From IMG/VR virus record IMGVR_UViG_3300032893_002193, positions 16,058 to 80,057 of that record: a stretch of 64,000 nt of DNA; one strand, given 5' to 3'. This document shows positions 10,233-20,868 of this stretch, one piece after another. Under the pieces are notes generated by a model. The model was not told where the DNA came from. It saw nothing but the letters and a program-made list of their open reading frames with translations, and ran no database searches. The position numbers and the translations under genes were made by a program. Every line of letters starts with the position of its first letter. The first letter of the stretch is position 1. Origin of the DNA: a virus.

Positions 10233-13200
10233 ATGACTAATTTTCCAACAAATATAGATGACGATACAACACTATATCCTGTTTTTGACAATATTACAGA
10301 AATAGGTGGAACTGCGATAAATCAACTTCGTTCTGCTATATTTGCAATAGAGAATAATATAGGTTTGGTGGCAAATGGCTCTACTGCCTCAATAGCGTCG
10401 AGGTTAAATGTATCAATAAATGCTGATGGAAGCTTAAAGGCATCTGCTTTAACTGCCGCTGGACTTGTATCACTTCCAATTTTTGACTTTCAGATCTCGG
10501 CAAATGCTCAAATTCAAGAAAGCAAGATTAAACTAAATTATACTACACAATATTTAAAGAATTTAATCGATCTTTTAAACAGCAGCGTACAAGTATTAGA
10601 TAATTGGTTATCGGTTACCGGAGTCAAGGTAGAGCCACATATTGCTGGAACTAATTATAGACATAAATTAAGTCATATCGATGTTGATAATCCTCCTGGC
10701 GCCTATAAAAATGCACCAATAGCTAACTTACCAACATCAGGCACATCTGTTGTTTCAAGAAATATTTTTAATGCAGATACTTTAGTTAAAGATATTAATG
10801 ATGATTTGGTTGTTCATGAAAAATCAGACGGAACACAAAATATAACCGTAACTTCGGGTGGAACAATACCCCCTATTAACTACGCCCACATGGCAGCCGG
10901 TGTATTTATAGATACATCGAGATTTTCAACAATTCCAACAACTATTAATGATGCCCAACAATTTGCTAATTTCGTAGATAATTCAAGTCTTCTATTATTA
11001 GGCGGAAGAACACAGACTTTATTTTCTAACGGTATATCAAGATCTTCAAGATCATCTGTTTTATGGAGTGATATAGGCGGACAACAAATAGTATCTCCAA
11101 CTCCATGCACGGCTTATTTGCTTTTCTCTGGAAGTAATAATCCAGTAGATGATATTTCTCACGGGGATGATATAATTTTATTCAATCCACCGTCATCTGT
11201 CTTAAGCAACAGTGTATTTGATGCACAGTTTGCCTTGGTGAAACCTGGAGATATTATAGTAATAAATTATAATAATGGAACCCCACAAGTTTCGTTCACT
11301 ATTGATGGCACAAGAGCAATAATAAATGGAAGCTCCAGAACATATGAAGTGAGAATAAATGGTAAAAATATTTATTCTTCAAGTACCGCCACAGCAAGTA
11401 TATATAAGACCTTCTATAATGAAAATAAATATGGTGAACTTGCATTAGGAGTTGCCCATAATTTTTTTGGCGTACAAGACACTCTCATTGCAGGACAGCC
11501 CAGAAGCGCAAGTGCTCTTGGATTAGGGTTTAGTCCAGATCAAATAGATTCTACTCACTATAATTTATATCTAATGTTTTATCCTACCGGAAATCCATTA
11601 GATGCTGCTGTAGCACTGCCTCCAATTGATATCACTGGAAACCAAGGAATTACTCCTGGACAATATACACTTGATTCACTAATCGCGGCAACAAATAAGG
11701 CATTTAGACAGCCAGGATATAACTATAGATTTATGGCATTCTCATATAAGGGAGAATTTGGCATTATGTTAGCCGATCCCTACAATGATGCCAGTTTCTC
11801 AATTATAAGCGGCGTGGTTAATTCTACCGGTTCATATGACAGCAGCTCATTATTAAGCTATCCTAATAACATTGTAGATAACTATAACAATATAGATCCT
11901 CTTGGATTTGGATTAAATGGAGCTGTAATTGCATCTCCTCCCTACTCGTCTTCATATACTAATCCAATAGCAGCCCAGGTTCCTACTCTATTTTTTGCAC
12001 CGTTAAAAAGAAAATATTATTATGTCAATGGTGCTGAAAGAGAAAGATTTAATCAGGAAGTATTTACGATTTTAGATGGATATGGAGATGGTTATTGGAT
12101 AGCCTCAATAACAAATCAACAATCTTTTGGAAGCAGAATAGAAACAACTTATACTGTAAATCTAGATCTTTCAACTTCATCACTAAAAGTTGGTAAGACA
12201 TTAGTTGTTCAGCCGGCAATTCCAGTTGGTAGTTCTGGATATAATCAAAACGATTATGGTAGATTTATAATTGATAATGTGGTATTTAATAACTGTCCTG
12301 GGCCATCTCCAACTACTTTAATCACCGTTTATGATGCTGTGGCGGGTGTAGGAATATCTCCCGCCCCAGTATCTCCATTAGGAACTCAGGTATTAATATA
12401 TTTCAATGATGATTCTGTTGCGTTTGATGCAGAAAATGTTTCGGATCCAAGTATATCTGCTTCGTTTAAGAGATATTTCGAGATATTAGGCAATCAATAC
12501 GGAAGAGTATTCTCGCATGAAAGAGCCAGATTAAATCTTAGCGGATCAAATTTAACAGTTGATGCTACTAATGGTTTTATACTCTATAGTACTTCAGAAA
12601 TGTCTTATGTTAACATATATGAAGTATCTCCAAAATTAAGAGGATATAAGTCTTTAGTTTATAGTAAGATACACCTATTCTTAACAAGTTATGATGGGGC
12701 CAGCGGTGTATTTACTGGATATCTTTGCAAATACGATGGTTCTACTTATTCTCATTTTGGAACTACTGTAACTGGCAAAAAGGGCGAGATAACAAGATTC
12801 TACGATGAATCTAATGTCGATTATATTGATGTTGTTTTTGATTTCTCTGATAGTATTAGCTCTTTTGTTAATAGAGGAATAGATATACAGCTCTTCCCGT
12901 CTTTGGCTCTAAATGAAGAAAAGATCTTTTTCGGAAGCTGTCAAGTAAATGATAGTTCGAAATCAGTAGATCATATAAGAGATGGAAGACAGTTTGGGAA
13001 TACCAGCGAGAAACAATTATCTACTTCTGCAATAGATTTTATTAACTCAGCAAATAGATTAACCAGAGAAAACGGTCTTGTTGTTGGATTTGATGTACAA
13101 ACTCCAAGCGGGGCACCATTAAATCAAATATTCTTAACAGGAGGAACCGCCTTAATAAACGGTAAGGTTGTAAATAGTAATGAAACTATCTCAATACTTC

Positions 13201-14720
13201 CGGCGGTTCAAGAAACACTATATCCATCATTCTCTACAACAACAAATACTATAAATTGGTTTGTTTGTTTAAATGATAAGGGTAAAATAGAGCTTGTGGC
13301 AAATGCTGACTATCTGCCAACGCTCTCGGCATTCTATGGTTCATTAGATCAAAATCGAGTATTCTATGTTCAAAATCCAAATGCCATATCTCCCTCTCCA
13401 TATGCGGTTAGATCTGGATATTTAGCGAAAATCATGACATCATATAAAGACTTATTGCCTCTTTATATGATTACATCGATTGTAGCTCAGGTCAGCGGTA
13501 AATATGTAGTTAATTCTATTAGAACATATGATTTAAGAAGATATGTTGCTAATGGTTATGGTGGGTTAAATAATCCATTTGTTCTCGGACCTAATGGAAG
13601 TTTTAGAAGCTTCGATACACTAAACACATATTTAAATCTGTTGAATAACTATGTTTCTGGTTCAACTAATTCTATAGGAAATAGGGTTTTAGTAAAAGGC
13701 ATTACCAACATAACTTCAACAGAAACTCTCAATTACTCCAACAAAGTTTCCTTTATAGGAGATTATGGCGGATTCAATGTAAGTGTTGCAACTGGTTTTG
13801 AAATAAGAAATAATGTTGAATTCGATGGAATTAACTTTACCTATAATTATGACGCAACATCGGATCCGTCATATTCATCTGCAAGTTTAATTAATTATGC
13901 TAATGGATGCATTCATTGTTTGGCAGATGCTGTAAATGGAAATCAAAATATAACAATTAAAAACTGTACATTTACATCATCTAATATTCTCAACAAATAT
14001 GCATTTATGGCCTTTAATTTGCAAACAAACACATGCCAGGTTCAAAATGTTGTTATAAAGGACAACATATTTAATATATCTTTGCCCCCAATAGGTCCTA
14101 CAGAAGATTATTCGGCAGTAATTGCATTTGTCGGACCGTCCACTTCTCCGTCCTCAACAAGTTCTGCGAGATTAATAAATTGTGTGATAGACGGAAATAT
14201 TACTAATAAAAATAATATGATAGCAGTAGCCGGATATTATTCTGCCGGACTTGGTAAGATTGTAGATGCAATTAATCCAATAAATGTTAAGATTACCAAT
14301 AATATTTGCGGATCCATTAACTTCTTAACCAGAAGAGGTGGAATTTCTACAGTTGCTAACTCAACATTCAATGATAATAAAGAATCTTCAATGTTAATAG
14401 CAAATAATAATTGCAAGCTAATATTCACCGGAACTCATACCGGTTCTGTGACAACAAGTAGCATAACAACAATATCTGGAGAGGCATTAAATACTGGTCT
14501 ATTTAGCGCTAATACAATTATAGAAAATAACTCTGCACACTGGATACAGTATGGCATTAGAGTTCCAAATATACCGAATTTAAGAAATGTCTCTCCAACA
14601 ATAGTTCTTAAAAATAATAAATTAACTGCCTATAATCCAGCCTATCTTAGCAGCTATTATCAATATAGTGCCGGTGGATATAATACAGCGATCATCTCTC
14701 ATAGAACGGTAGGTACATAA
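10233..14720 (+). CDS. Large virion fibre/appendage protein with C-terminal beta-helix
   Basis: N-terminal MTNFPTNIDD...AINQLRSAIFAIENNIG fibre-type motif; S/T/N/G-rich beta composition; C-terminal beta-helix repeats (IKNCTF, IKDNIF, ITNNIC). Confidence 0.6.
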   Translation: MTNFPTNIDDDTTLYPVFDNITEIGGTAINQLRSAIFAIENNIGLVANGSTASIASRLNVSINADGSLKASALTAAGLVSLPIFDFQISANAQIQESKIKLNYTTQYLKNLIDLLNSSVQVLDNWLSVTGVKVEPHIAGTNYRHKLSHIDVDNPPGAYKNAPIANLPTSGTSVVSRNIFNADTLVKDINDDLVVHEKSDGTQNITVTSGGTIPPINYAHMAAGVFIDTSRFSTIPTTINDAQQFANFVDNSSLLLLGGRTQTLFSNGISRSSRSSVLWSDIGGQQIVSPTPCTAYLLFSGSNNPVDDISHGDDIILFNPPSSVLSNSVFDAQFALVKPGDIIVINYNNGTPQVSFTIDGTRAIINGSSRTYEVRINGKNIYSSSTATASIYKTFYNENKYGELALGVAHNFFGVQDTLIAGQPRSASALGLGFSPDQIDSTHYNLYLMFYPTGNPLDAAVALPPIDITGNQGITPGQYTLDSLIAATNKAFRQPGYNYRFMAFSYKGEFGIMLADPYNDASFSIISGVVNSTGSYDSSSLLSYPNNIVDNYNNIDPLGFGLNGAVIASPPYSSSYTNPIAAQVPTLFFAPLKRKYYYVNGAERERFNQEVFTILDGYGDGYWIASITNQQSFGSRIETTYTVNLDLSTSSLKVGKTLVVQPAIPVGSSGYNQNDYGRFIIDNVVFNNCPGPSPTTLITVYDAVAGVGISPAPVSPLGTQVLIYFNDDSVAFDAENVSDPSISASFKRYFEILGNQYGRVFSHERARLNLSGSNLTVDATNGFILYSTSEMSYVNIYEVSPKLRGYKSLVYSKIHLFLTSYDGASGVFTGYLCKYDGSTYSHFGTTVTGKKGEITRFYDESNVDYIDVVFDFSDSISSFVNRGIDIQLFPSLALNEEKIFFGSCQVNDSSKSVDHIRDGRQFGNTSEKQLSTSAIDFINSANRLTRENGLVVGFDVQTPSGAPLNQIFLTGGTALINGKVVNSNETISILPAVQETLYPSFSTTTNTINWFVCLNDKGKIELVANADYLPTLSAFYGSLDQNRVFYVQNPNAISPSPYAVRSGYLAKIMTSYKDLLPLYMITSIVAQVSGKYVVNSIRTYDLRRYVANGYGGLNNPFVLGPNGSFRSFDTLNTYLNLLNNYVSGSTNSIGNRVLVKGITNITSTETLNYSNKVSFIGDYGGFNVSVATGFEIRNNVEFDGINFTYNYDATSDPSYSSASLINYANGCIHCLADAVNGNQNITIKNCTFTSSNILNKYAFMAFNLQTNTCQVQNVVIKDNIFNISLPPIGPTEDYSAVIAFVGPSTSPSSTSSARLINCVIDGNITNKNNMIAVAGYYSAGLGKIVDAINPINVKITNNICGSINFLTRRGGISTVANSTFNDNKESSMLIANNNCKLIFTGTHTGSVTTSSITTISGEALNTGLFSANTIIENNSAHWIQYGIRVPNIPNLRNVSPTIVLKNNKLTAYNPAYLSSYYQYSAGGYNTAIISHRTVGT

Positions 14721-15722
14721 ATGAGTAATACCCTAACACTCGGAAATACTCTTATCACTGGAAACATCATTACATCTGGTAGTGATACAAGTGGAACTAT
14801 GTACTATTATGATCAGTGCATAAATGCTTCCTCAGAGGCTACAATACAGGCAAATACAATTGGTGGTATAAATAGTTCTGGAACCGCCGTCATGATTAAG
14901 TTAGGAGATGAGTCGGCATCTAATGTTATAGTTAATAATACTTTCTATAGAGCCAATTCTGTTATAGGAGCATATATTGCAGATGCCTCGTTATCTACTA
15001 CTGATCATATTATAACAAATAATATTTTTGATCAGCCAACAGTAGATGGTACAAACGAAACGATATGTTCAAATTTATCGCAAGGAACGCTTTACAATAA
15101 TAATAAAAATCAAACAGGATATCTAACCATTCCTCTTGGTCCTAATTACACTAACTTATATAGTGGAGCAGATATACAAATATCCAATGTGTTGTTCTCC
15201 GTATCAACACCAATTAATATATATTCTGCATTAACTTTTACTAATAGTGGCGGAGCTAAAGAAGAGGCCGCAACTATGTATTTAGTTAATATATCTGATT
15301 ATTTACCTGCTGGAACCAAGGTATTAAACTCGGTTCTTGGTATAGCGTTTTCAAATAACGGAATTGATACTACCAGCACAAGTACTTTTAAGTGCGATCT
15401 GTTTGAGACCATAAATACAAATTATACCCTAAGTACATTATCGCAATCTATAGCAGATGTATACTATCATGTAAGTATTGCCGATTATGGAGCATTAATT
15501 GCAACACAGCGAACATCAAATATTTTAAGCATAGCGAGTCCATCTGATTTGACCGCTGCATTGGGTCATACAACATTCCTTTCGATTGATACCTCTTCTT
15601 TTAACTATTGTTCTTCAGAAAATAATAAGATATTTGTTAGAATATTATACGATGTTTGGACTGCTGCCTCTTCTCAGGTTCAAGTTGAGCAATCTCCTCT
15701 TATAATTAAATATAGGTGGTGA
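14721..15722 (+). CDS. Virion fibre-associated protein (beta-helix then beta-sandwich)
   Basis: Starts immediately after the previous stop in the same frame; IVNNTF and ITNNIF repeats. Confidence 0.5.
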   Translation: MSNTLTLGNTLITGNIITSGSDTSGTMYYYDQCINASSEATIQANTIGGINSSGTAVMIKLGDESASNVIVNNTFYRANSVIGAYIADASLSTTDHIITNNIFDQPTVDGTNETICSNLSQGTLYNNNKNQTGYLTIPLGPNYTNLYSGADIQISNVLFSVSTPINIYSALTFTNSGGAKEEAATMYLVNISDYLPAGTKVLNSVLGIAFSNNGIDTTSTSTFKCDLFETINTNYTLSTLSQSIADVYYHVSIADYGALIATQRTSNILSIASPSDLTAALGHTTFLSIDTSSFNYCSSENNKIFVRILYDVWTAASSQVQVEQSPLIIKYRW

Positions 15723-15723
15723 T

Positions 15724-16515
15724 ATGACCACTAATAATATCTGGAGAAGTGATTTACCATCTCTGTATAACTTGGTACAAAATTCGATGATTTTGTATCC
15801 AAAAGAAATTATTATAGCTACATTAAGAGATTATTATTCAAAAGACTCTTACTATCATTTTGCTACTGATAATTTTGGATTCCCGCAAACTCCAGATCAT
15901 ACTGATTTGCCAAGAGACTCCGGTTTTCATGATAATACAACTACCCGAGTGTTTATAGGAGAAAGTTATAGATATGATGTTATTTATTATCCGGCCATTA
16001 TAGTTAGATCTGGAGGTTCTAATTCAGTTCCTATATCAATGAACAGAGAGACAGGATCGGTCCAGTGGGAGTACATGACTTTCTCGGATGGATGTGGTAA
16101 TACGCTATCCTATAAATATCCGGCGAGTTTTATTTTTGCTGGCGCGTGGGAGGGTAGCATCAATATAGATATTTCTACAAGAGACTTGCGTTCGAGAGAC
16201 GATCTTGTTGACGCAACATCTATATTGTTTACTGATTTCGCAGTAAATGATTTAATAAAATCTGGAATTTTAATAAAAAATGTTTCGGCCGGATCTCCAA
16301 CAGAAGTTCCAGACAGAACCGACATGTTATTTAAGCAGACGGTGACCCTACAAATTAGATCCGAGTGGCGTAGAGAAATTCCAATATCAAATGTAATAGA
16401 TACCATAAAATTTGCCGTAGATATCGGTAGAGTTAATCCAGAAAGTTCTCCGGCAGCACCCAATATGAGGATAGATATAACCGAAACATTATCTGAAATT
16501 CTATCCAACATATAA
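15724..16515 (+). CDS. Putative tail terminator/completion protein
   Basis: Directly upstream of the sheath; YPAIIV...INIDISTRDLRSRDDLVD pattern typical of tail completion proteins. Confidence 0.55.
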   Translation: MTTNNIWRSDLPSLYNLVQNSMILYPKEIIIATLRDYYSKDSYYHFATDNFGFPQTPDHTDLPRDSGFHDNTTTRVFIGESYRYDVIYYPAIIVRSGGSNSVPISMNRETGSVQWEYMTFSDGCGNTLSYKYPASFIFAGAWEGSINIDISTRDLRSRDDLVDATSILFTDFAVNDLIKSGILIKNVSAGSPTEVPDRTDMLFKQTVTLQIRSEWRREIPISNVIDTIKFAVDIGRVNPESSPAAPNMRIDITETLSEILSNI

Positions 16516-16548
16516 TTAAAAATAAAACTTTTAAAAGGCTTGATAGTG

Positions 16549-16562
16549 GTATAATATGGCAT
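16549..16562 (+). promoter_or_regulatory. Putative late promoter motif upstream of sheath (GTATAATATGGCAT)
   Basis: ATA-N5-GCAT core in the intergenic gap; also contains TATAAT. Confidence 0.4.
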
Positions 16563-16631
16563 TTATAAAGAAGAAGTAGAAAATACGATGTTTTACACTA
16601 ATAATAGACTTTTTCAATATAGAGGATTAGT

Positions 16632-19433
16632 ATGAGTAATATACCCGGAGCACCTGGCGCACTTCCTGGAGTTTTTACAGATGTCGTAACCCAGAGTCGG
16701 GGCGTGGCAATAAACTCGGGAATTAGAGTTTCATGTATAGTTGGAGAGGGATTAAGAAGCGAAGTAATTGTTTCTTCTGCTAACGGTGGAGGAAATGATG
16801 GTTTTAATTCTTCATATACATCAACCAGTGGCAGCGATGGCAGACACTTTACGCTAACATATGCTCCAGTTATCTCAAATAGAACCACACTGTATAAAAA
16901 TGGCCTTCCGCTAGTTGGATTAGAGGCAAGCATAGATAATAATCCATTTAGCTTTGTTTATGATTATAGAATAGATATAAGTACAGGAAGAATTCAACTT
17001 CAGGCGTCACAATTAGTTGACCAAGGCGGAACATATTATTCTACAGGATCGACAAACGTTGGTGTTGGAGTTGTCGATGGTTACGGTGGGTCCGGAATTA
17101 AACTCATAGATACCAATGCTCCAACAGAAACATGGACAATTAAGTGCATTTCTGTACTGAGAAACAATCTTAATCAACCAATAGCGGGTACAGCAAAGTT
17201 TATAGCTTTTGGTTCGGTTTCAGGAAATGTTTTAGATGCAAATGGAAATGTAATTACCTGGATAGCAAACGGCCAAGAGGTAAATAACGGAATACTAAGC
17301 TTTAATATTACAGAAACAACTGTCGGTGGTAATGCAGTTTCTGTATTTAGAGAGGGCGATTACTTTACAATTCAGGTTAAAGGCGGAGTGTTGGTTAAAA
17401 ACGATACACTAACAGCCACTTATATCTCAGTTGCCGACATTAATGATCCTACTTTCTTTACCGATATGGCTTCATTAACAGCCAAACACGGATCAGTTAG
17501 TCTTACAAATAGACTTTCTCTCGGTGCACAATTAGCATTTGATAATGGTACTCCTGGAGTTTTGGCAATGCAAGCCGCTCCGCCATTACCGCGTAGAACA
17601 TCATATGTATTAGAAAGTACATTCAATTCTTTATCAACAAATCCAGATGATTATAAGCTTCCATTACCATATGGAGTGACACCTAATCTAACATCTGACA
17701 TACACTTCTTTGTTACCAATCCTGCTACTGGAGTTGAAACACAAATACTTCCCAATAAGTATTCTTTCTATACTCTTGATACAGCAGGCAATCCAACATC
17801 AAGTCAGTTCATATTTAGTGCGGTTAATCCTCCTTCAGGATATAACTATTCATATACCGTAACCTCCAGCTCTGCTACATTAAATTTTGCAACTGATGGT
17901 TATCTAAACAGAAACCTAACCTCACAAACTCTCGCTACGCTTAGCACTGGAACCGCAACCTTCGGGCTTTCGTATGTTGGTAAACAAGTTAAGATTATAG
18001 ATTCAAATAATCTTGCCAATATAGGAACATTCTCGATTGTGGGCGTTAGCAATGGAATGTTAAACATTTCTGCTACCGGTTCTCCTCCGTTCTCGGCATA
18101 TGTAAACGATGCTGCTTGTAGCTTTCAATTAATTAATCCGGTTACTGGCTTAACTGTTGGCGGAAGTTCAGGAACAGATGGTACTTTGGTTTCTATACCA
18201 TCCACAAGTACCGGAACATTACATAGCGTTGCCGTTAACTTCAATAGCTTCGCTGGTCTTGGTTTGCTTGGATTAAAGCTCAAGATTACCGCTTCAACTA
18301 CAGCTACAAACTTAGGCCTATTTGACATTACTGGATATAACAGTGGTACAAATACATTAACAATAGCCAAATCATTTGTTAGTGAATCAAATCTAAAATT
18401 TGAAGTTTTAGACCCAACTAATACAAGCAACTATGTTGTTGTAAATCAAAATGTTGTTCCAAATGGATATAGCGTTAGAGTTACAATCGTTGATTCAAGA
18501 GACTTCTCCTTCTATGATGCTGGATGGCTTACTGCATTAAGCACTCTTGAGGCCTTTGAACTTGATATATTGGTACCTCTACCAAGCTCAACAATCTCAG
18601 CTGTGTTTGAAAATTCACTAAACCACTGCATTACTATGAGCAATACACTTAATCGTAAAGAAAGAGTGTTGTTTATAGGAGCAATCAACGGTCTTACTCC
18701 GGATAATCTAACCGGAGCTAAATTAGCAGCTGTTGAAAACATAGGTATACTTGAAGGAATTCAAGGAGCTACAGTTAGCGATATTCTTGCAGGAAAGACT
18801 GAAGACCTCGCGAATTACTCTGTACCAAATGCTTATGGTAATACATATCGTTGTGTTTACTTCTATCCTGATCAGATCGTGGTTGAAGTCGGTGGAGACA
18901 ATCAGATTATTGATGGTTTCTATTTGGCGGCAGCAGCAGCTGGTTATTGCTCGGCGACATCGAACATTTCAATGCCGCTAACTAACAAGGTCCTATCTGG
19001 ATTTACTATACTTAAAAATAAAACCTTCTCAAATACTGTTTTGACCAATCTAGCAAATGCCGGAGTTTGTGTTCTTCAGCCGGTCAGTGGCGGAGGAAAG
19101 GTTGTCTGGGGCCTAACTACAACTCAAAGTGGTTATCCGGAAGAACAGGAAATCTCTATTGTTTTCATTAGAGATCGTGTAGCTAAGTCCCTTCGTGCTG
19201 GATTTGCCGGATATGTTGGTTTGCCAGAAGATATAGACACCATTTCTGTTCTTACTACAAGAGCAAAGGCACTATTAAATGGATTCGTGTCTCAAAAACT
19301 AATAACTGACTGGGCTGACTTAGTTGTTAGTAGAGATTCGGTAGATCCAAGACAGTGGGATATTAGTGTTAGAGTTCAGCCGACTTATCCAATAAACTGG
19401 ATTTACATAAGGGTTGGAATAGGACAAATATAA
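16632..19433 (+). CDS. Contractile tail sheath protein with large surface insertions
   Basis: N-terminal PGVFT motif; C-terminal sheath core (HCITMS...RKER, LTNKVLSGF, EISIVFIRD, VRVQPTYPINWIYI); followed by tube. Confidence 0.9.
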   Translation: MSNIPGAPGALPGVFTDVVTQSRGVAINSGIRVSCIVGEGLRSEVIVSSANGGGNDGFNSSYTSTSGSDGRHFTLTYAPVISNRTTLYKNGLPLVGLEASIDNNPFSFVYDYRIDISTGRIQLQASQLVDQGGTYYSTGSTNVGVGVVDGYGGSGIKLIDTNAPTETWTIKCISVLRNNLNQPIAGTAKFIAFGSVSGNVLDANGNVITWIANGQEVNNGILSFNITETTVGGNAVSVFREGDYFTIQVKGGVLVKNDTLTATYISVADINDPTFFTDMASLTAKHGSVSLTNRLSLGAQLAFDNGTPGVLAMQAAPPLPRRTSYVLESTFNSLSTNPDDYKLPLPYGVTPNLTSDIHFFVTNPATGVETQILPNKYSFYTLDTAGNPTSSQFIFSAVNPPSGYNYSYTVTSSSATLNFATDGYLNRNLTSQTLATLSTGTATFGLSYVGKQVKIIDSNNLANIGTFSIVGVSNGMLNISATGSPPFSAYVNDAACSFQLINPVTGLTVGGSSGTDGTLVSIPSTSTGTLHSVAVNFNSFAGLGLLGLKLKITASTTATNLGLFDITGYNSGTNTLTIAKSFVSESNLKFEVLDPTNTSNYVVVNQNVVPNGYSVRVTIVDSRDFSFYDAGWLTALSTLEAFELDILVPLPSSTISAVFENSLNHCITMSNTLNRKERVLFIGAINGLTPDNLTGAKLAAVENIGILEGIQGATVSDILAGKTEDLANYSVPNAYGNTYRCVYFYPDQIVVEVGGDNQIIDGFYLAAAAAGYCSATSNISMPLTNKVLSGFTILKNKTFSNTVLTNLANAGVCVLQPVSGGGKVVWGLTTTQSGYPEEQEISIVFIRDRVAKSLRAGFAGYVGLPEDIDTISVLTTRAKALLNGFVSQKLITDWADLVVSRDSVDPRQWDISVRVQPTYPINWIYIRVGIGQI

Positions 19434-19514
19434 TCAAATAATATAATATATGGTTATTTTTTAAAAACTTTTGTTATATAATATATGTAAGTAGACTTTT
19501 CTGGAGATTTCATC

Positions 19515-20141
19515 ATGGCTCTTTTAACACCACAAACCGGATCGATTATAGAAAATCCAAATGGATCTAATAGAACCGGCACAGCACTATCTACTAACAT
19601 AGTAATTAGAGTTGGACCTAACGCAGTAGGTGCGGTTCAAAGCTTAAGTGTAACCGAAGAAAGATCAATTATAATGATAGATGAAGTCGGCACAGATGGT
19701 CATATTGATTCCGCCCCACAAAGAAGTACAAATATAACCGGATCGTGCAACAGAATTCGTTTTGATAGACTTCGCGTTTCAGAGGCATTTTCTAGAGGAT
19801 TTTTACACGCACATGCTCAACGCATTCCTTTTGATATAGATATTTATGACAAATGGAATGGCGATGGCAATAGCATGATTGTCACTACGATTAAAAATGT
19901 ATGGATTTCTAATATATCATATGATTATAGATCGGAAAACTTCATCATAGCCGATACAATGCAGTGGCAAGCAGAAGCCATTTCTAGCTCAATTAATGGC
20001 GCCAGCGCTGCAGTTGGTGGTGCTAGAAACCTAGTTCTTCAAACAGATACTCTAGGAATTGAGCAGCAAGCAGATAGAGGACAGCGTAGAGGTTCGTTAG
20101 ACGCTCCTGGTTTAATTAATGCTGTTTTCGCAAATTTCTAA
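19515..20141 (+). CDS. Tail tube protein
   Basis: Follows the sheath; VGAVQSLSVTE...IDEVG...PFDIDI...IKNVWISNISYDY tube-like pattern; GGAG RBS. Confidence 0.8.
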   Translation: MALLTPQTGSIIENPNGSNRTGTALSTNIVIRVGPNAVGAVQSLSVTEERSIIMIDEVGTDGHIDSAPQRSTNITGSCNRIRFDRLRVSEAFSRGFLHAHAQRIPFDIDIYDKWNGDGNSMIVTTIKNVWISNISYDYRSENFIIADTMQWQAEAISSSINGASAAVGGARNLVLQTDTLGIEQQADRGQRRGSLDAPGLINAVFANF

Positions 20142-20217
20142 TTAGTATTTTCTCTGCAATATTTTAAAAACTTCGGATATAGTATAGGTGTAACCTAGTA
20201 ATTTATCTGGAGTTTTT

Positions 20218-20868
20218 ATGTCTATTAATGATCCTATAGCACGAAGAAATTTTGCCATTGGTAATCAACAGCGAACATTTGTTGTTGAGGACCCGACATT
20301 AGCGCAACCTCAAAATAGGCCGCCACAACCAAATGCGCCTCAAACTCAACCCCCTCCTGTTCAAAATTTTATTCAACAGGGAGAGCGATCATTGTCTCAA
20401 AAGGAAATAGAAGAATATCACAGAATGAGAAAAGAGCAACTTGAGTCTAATAGTATGATTAGCGATTATGCCAAAAAAAGAGTTGAAATTATAACAGGAA
20501 CCGGAAGTCTAACAAAAGATGTAGATTTAGATGGTCATAAATTTTCTTTAAGAACTTTAAAAAATAAAGAAACAAAAGAAGCAATGATGGAGTCAATAGG
20601 AGCTTCTAAAAATGATATGGAAGCGATGTATGAAACAAGAAGGCAGTTCTTAGCAAGGTCATTGTTTAGAATTGATGATGCTGACATTGCTCTTGTTCTT
20701 GGAAGTTCAGATTTATCCACCAGATTATATTTTATTGATGAATTAGAAGAATCAGTTGTCGATAAATTATATGTAGAGTTTAATAATTTAAGAAATGAAG
20801 TAAGAGACAAATATACTCCAAAAACAAGTCAAGAGGTTAAGGAGGTAATTGAAGATATAAAAAAATAG
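20218..20868 (+). CDS. Tail assembly chaperone (gpG-like)
   Basis: Between tube and tape measure; FSLRTL...KLYVEF; ends in slippery A AAA AAA TAG. Confidence 0.75.
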   Translation: MSINDPIARRNFAIGNQQRTFVVEDPTLAQPQNRPPQPNAPQTQPPPVQNFIQQGERSLSQKEIEEYHRMRKEQLESNSMISDYAKKRVEIITGTGSLTKDVDLDGHKFSLRTLKNKETKEAMMESIGASKNDMEAMYETRRQFLARSLFRIDDADIALVLGSSDLSTRLYFIDELEESVVDKLYVEFNNLRNEVRDKYTPKTSQEVKEVIEDIKK

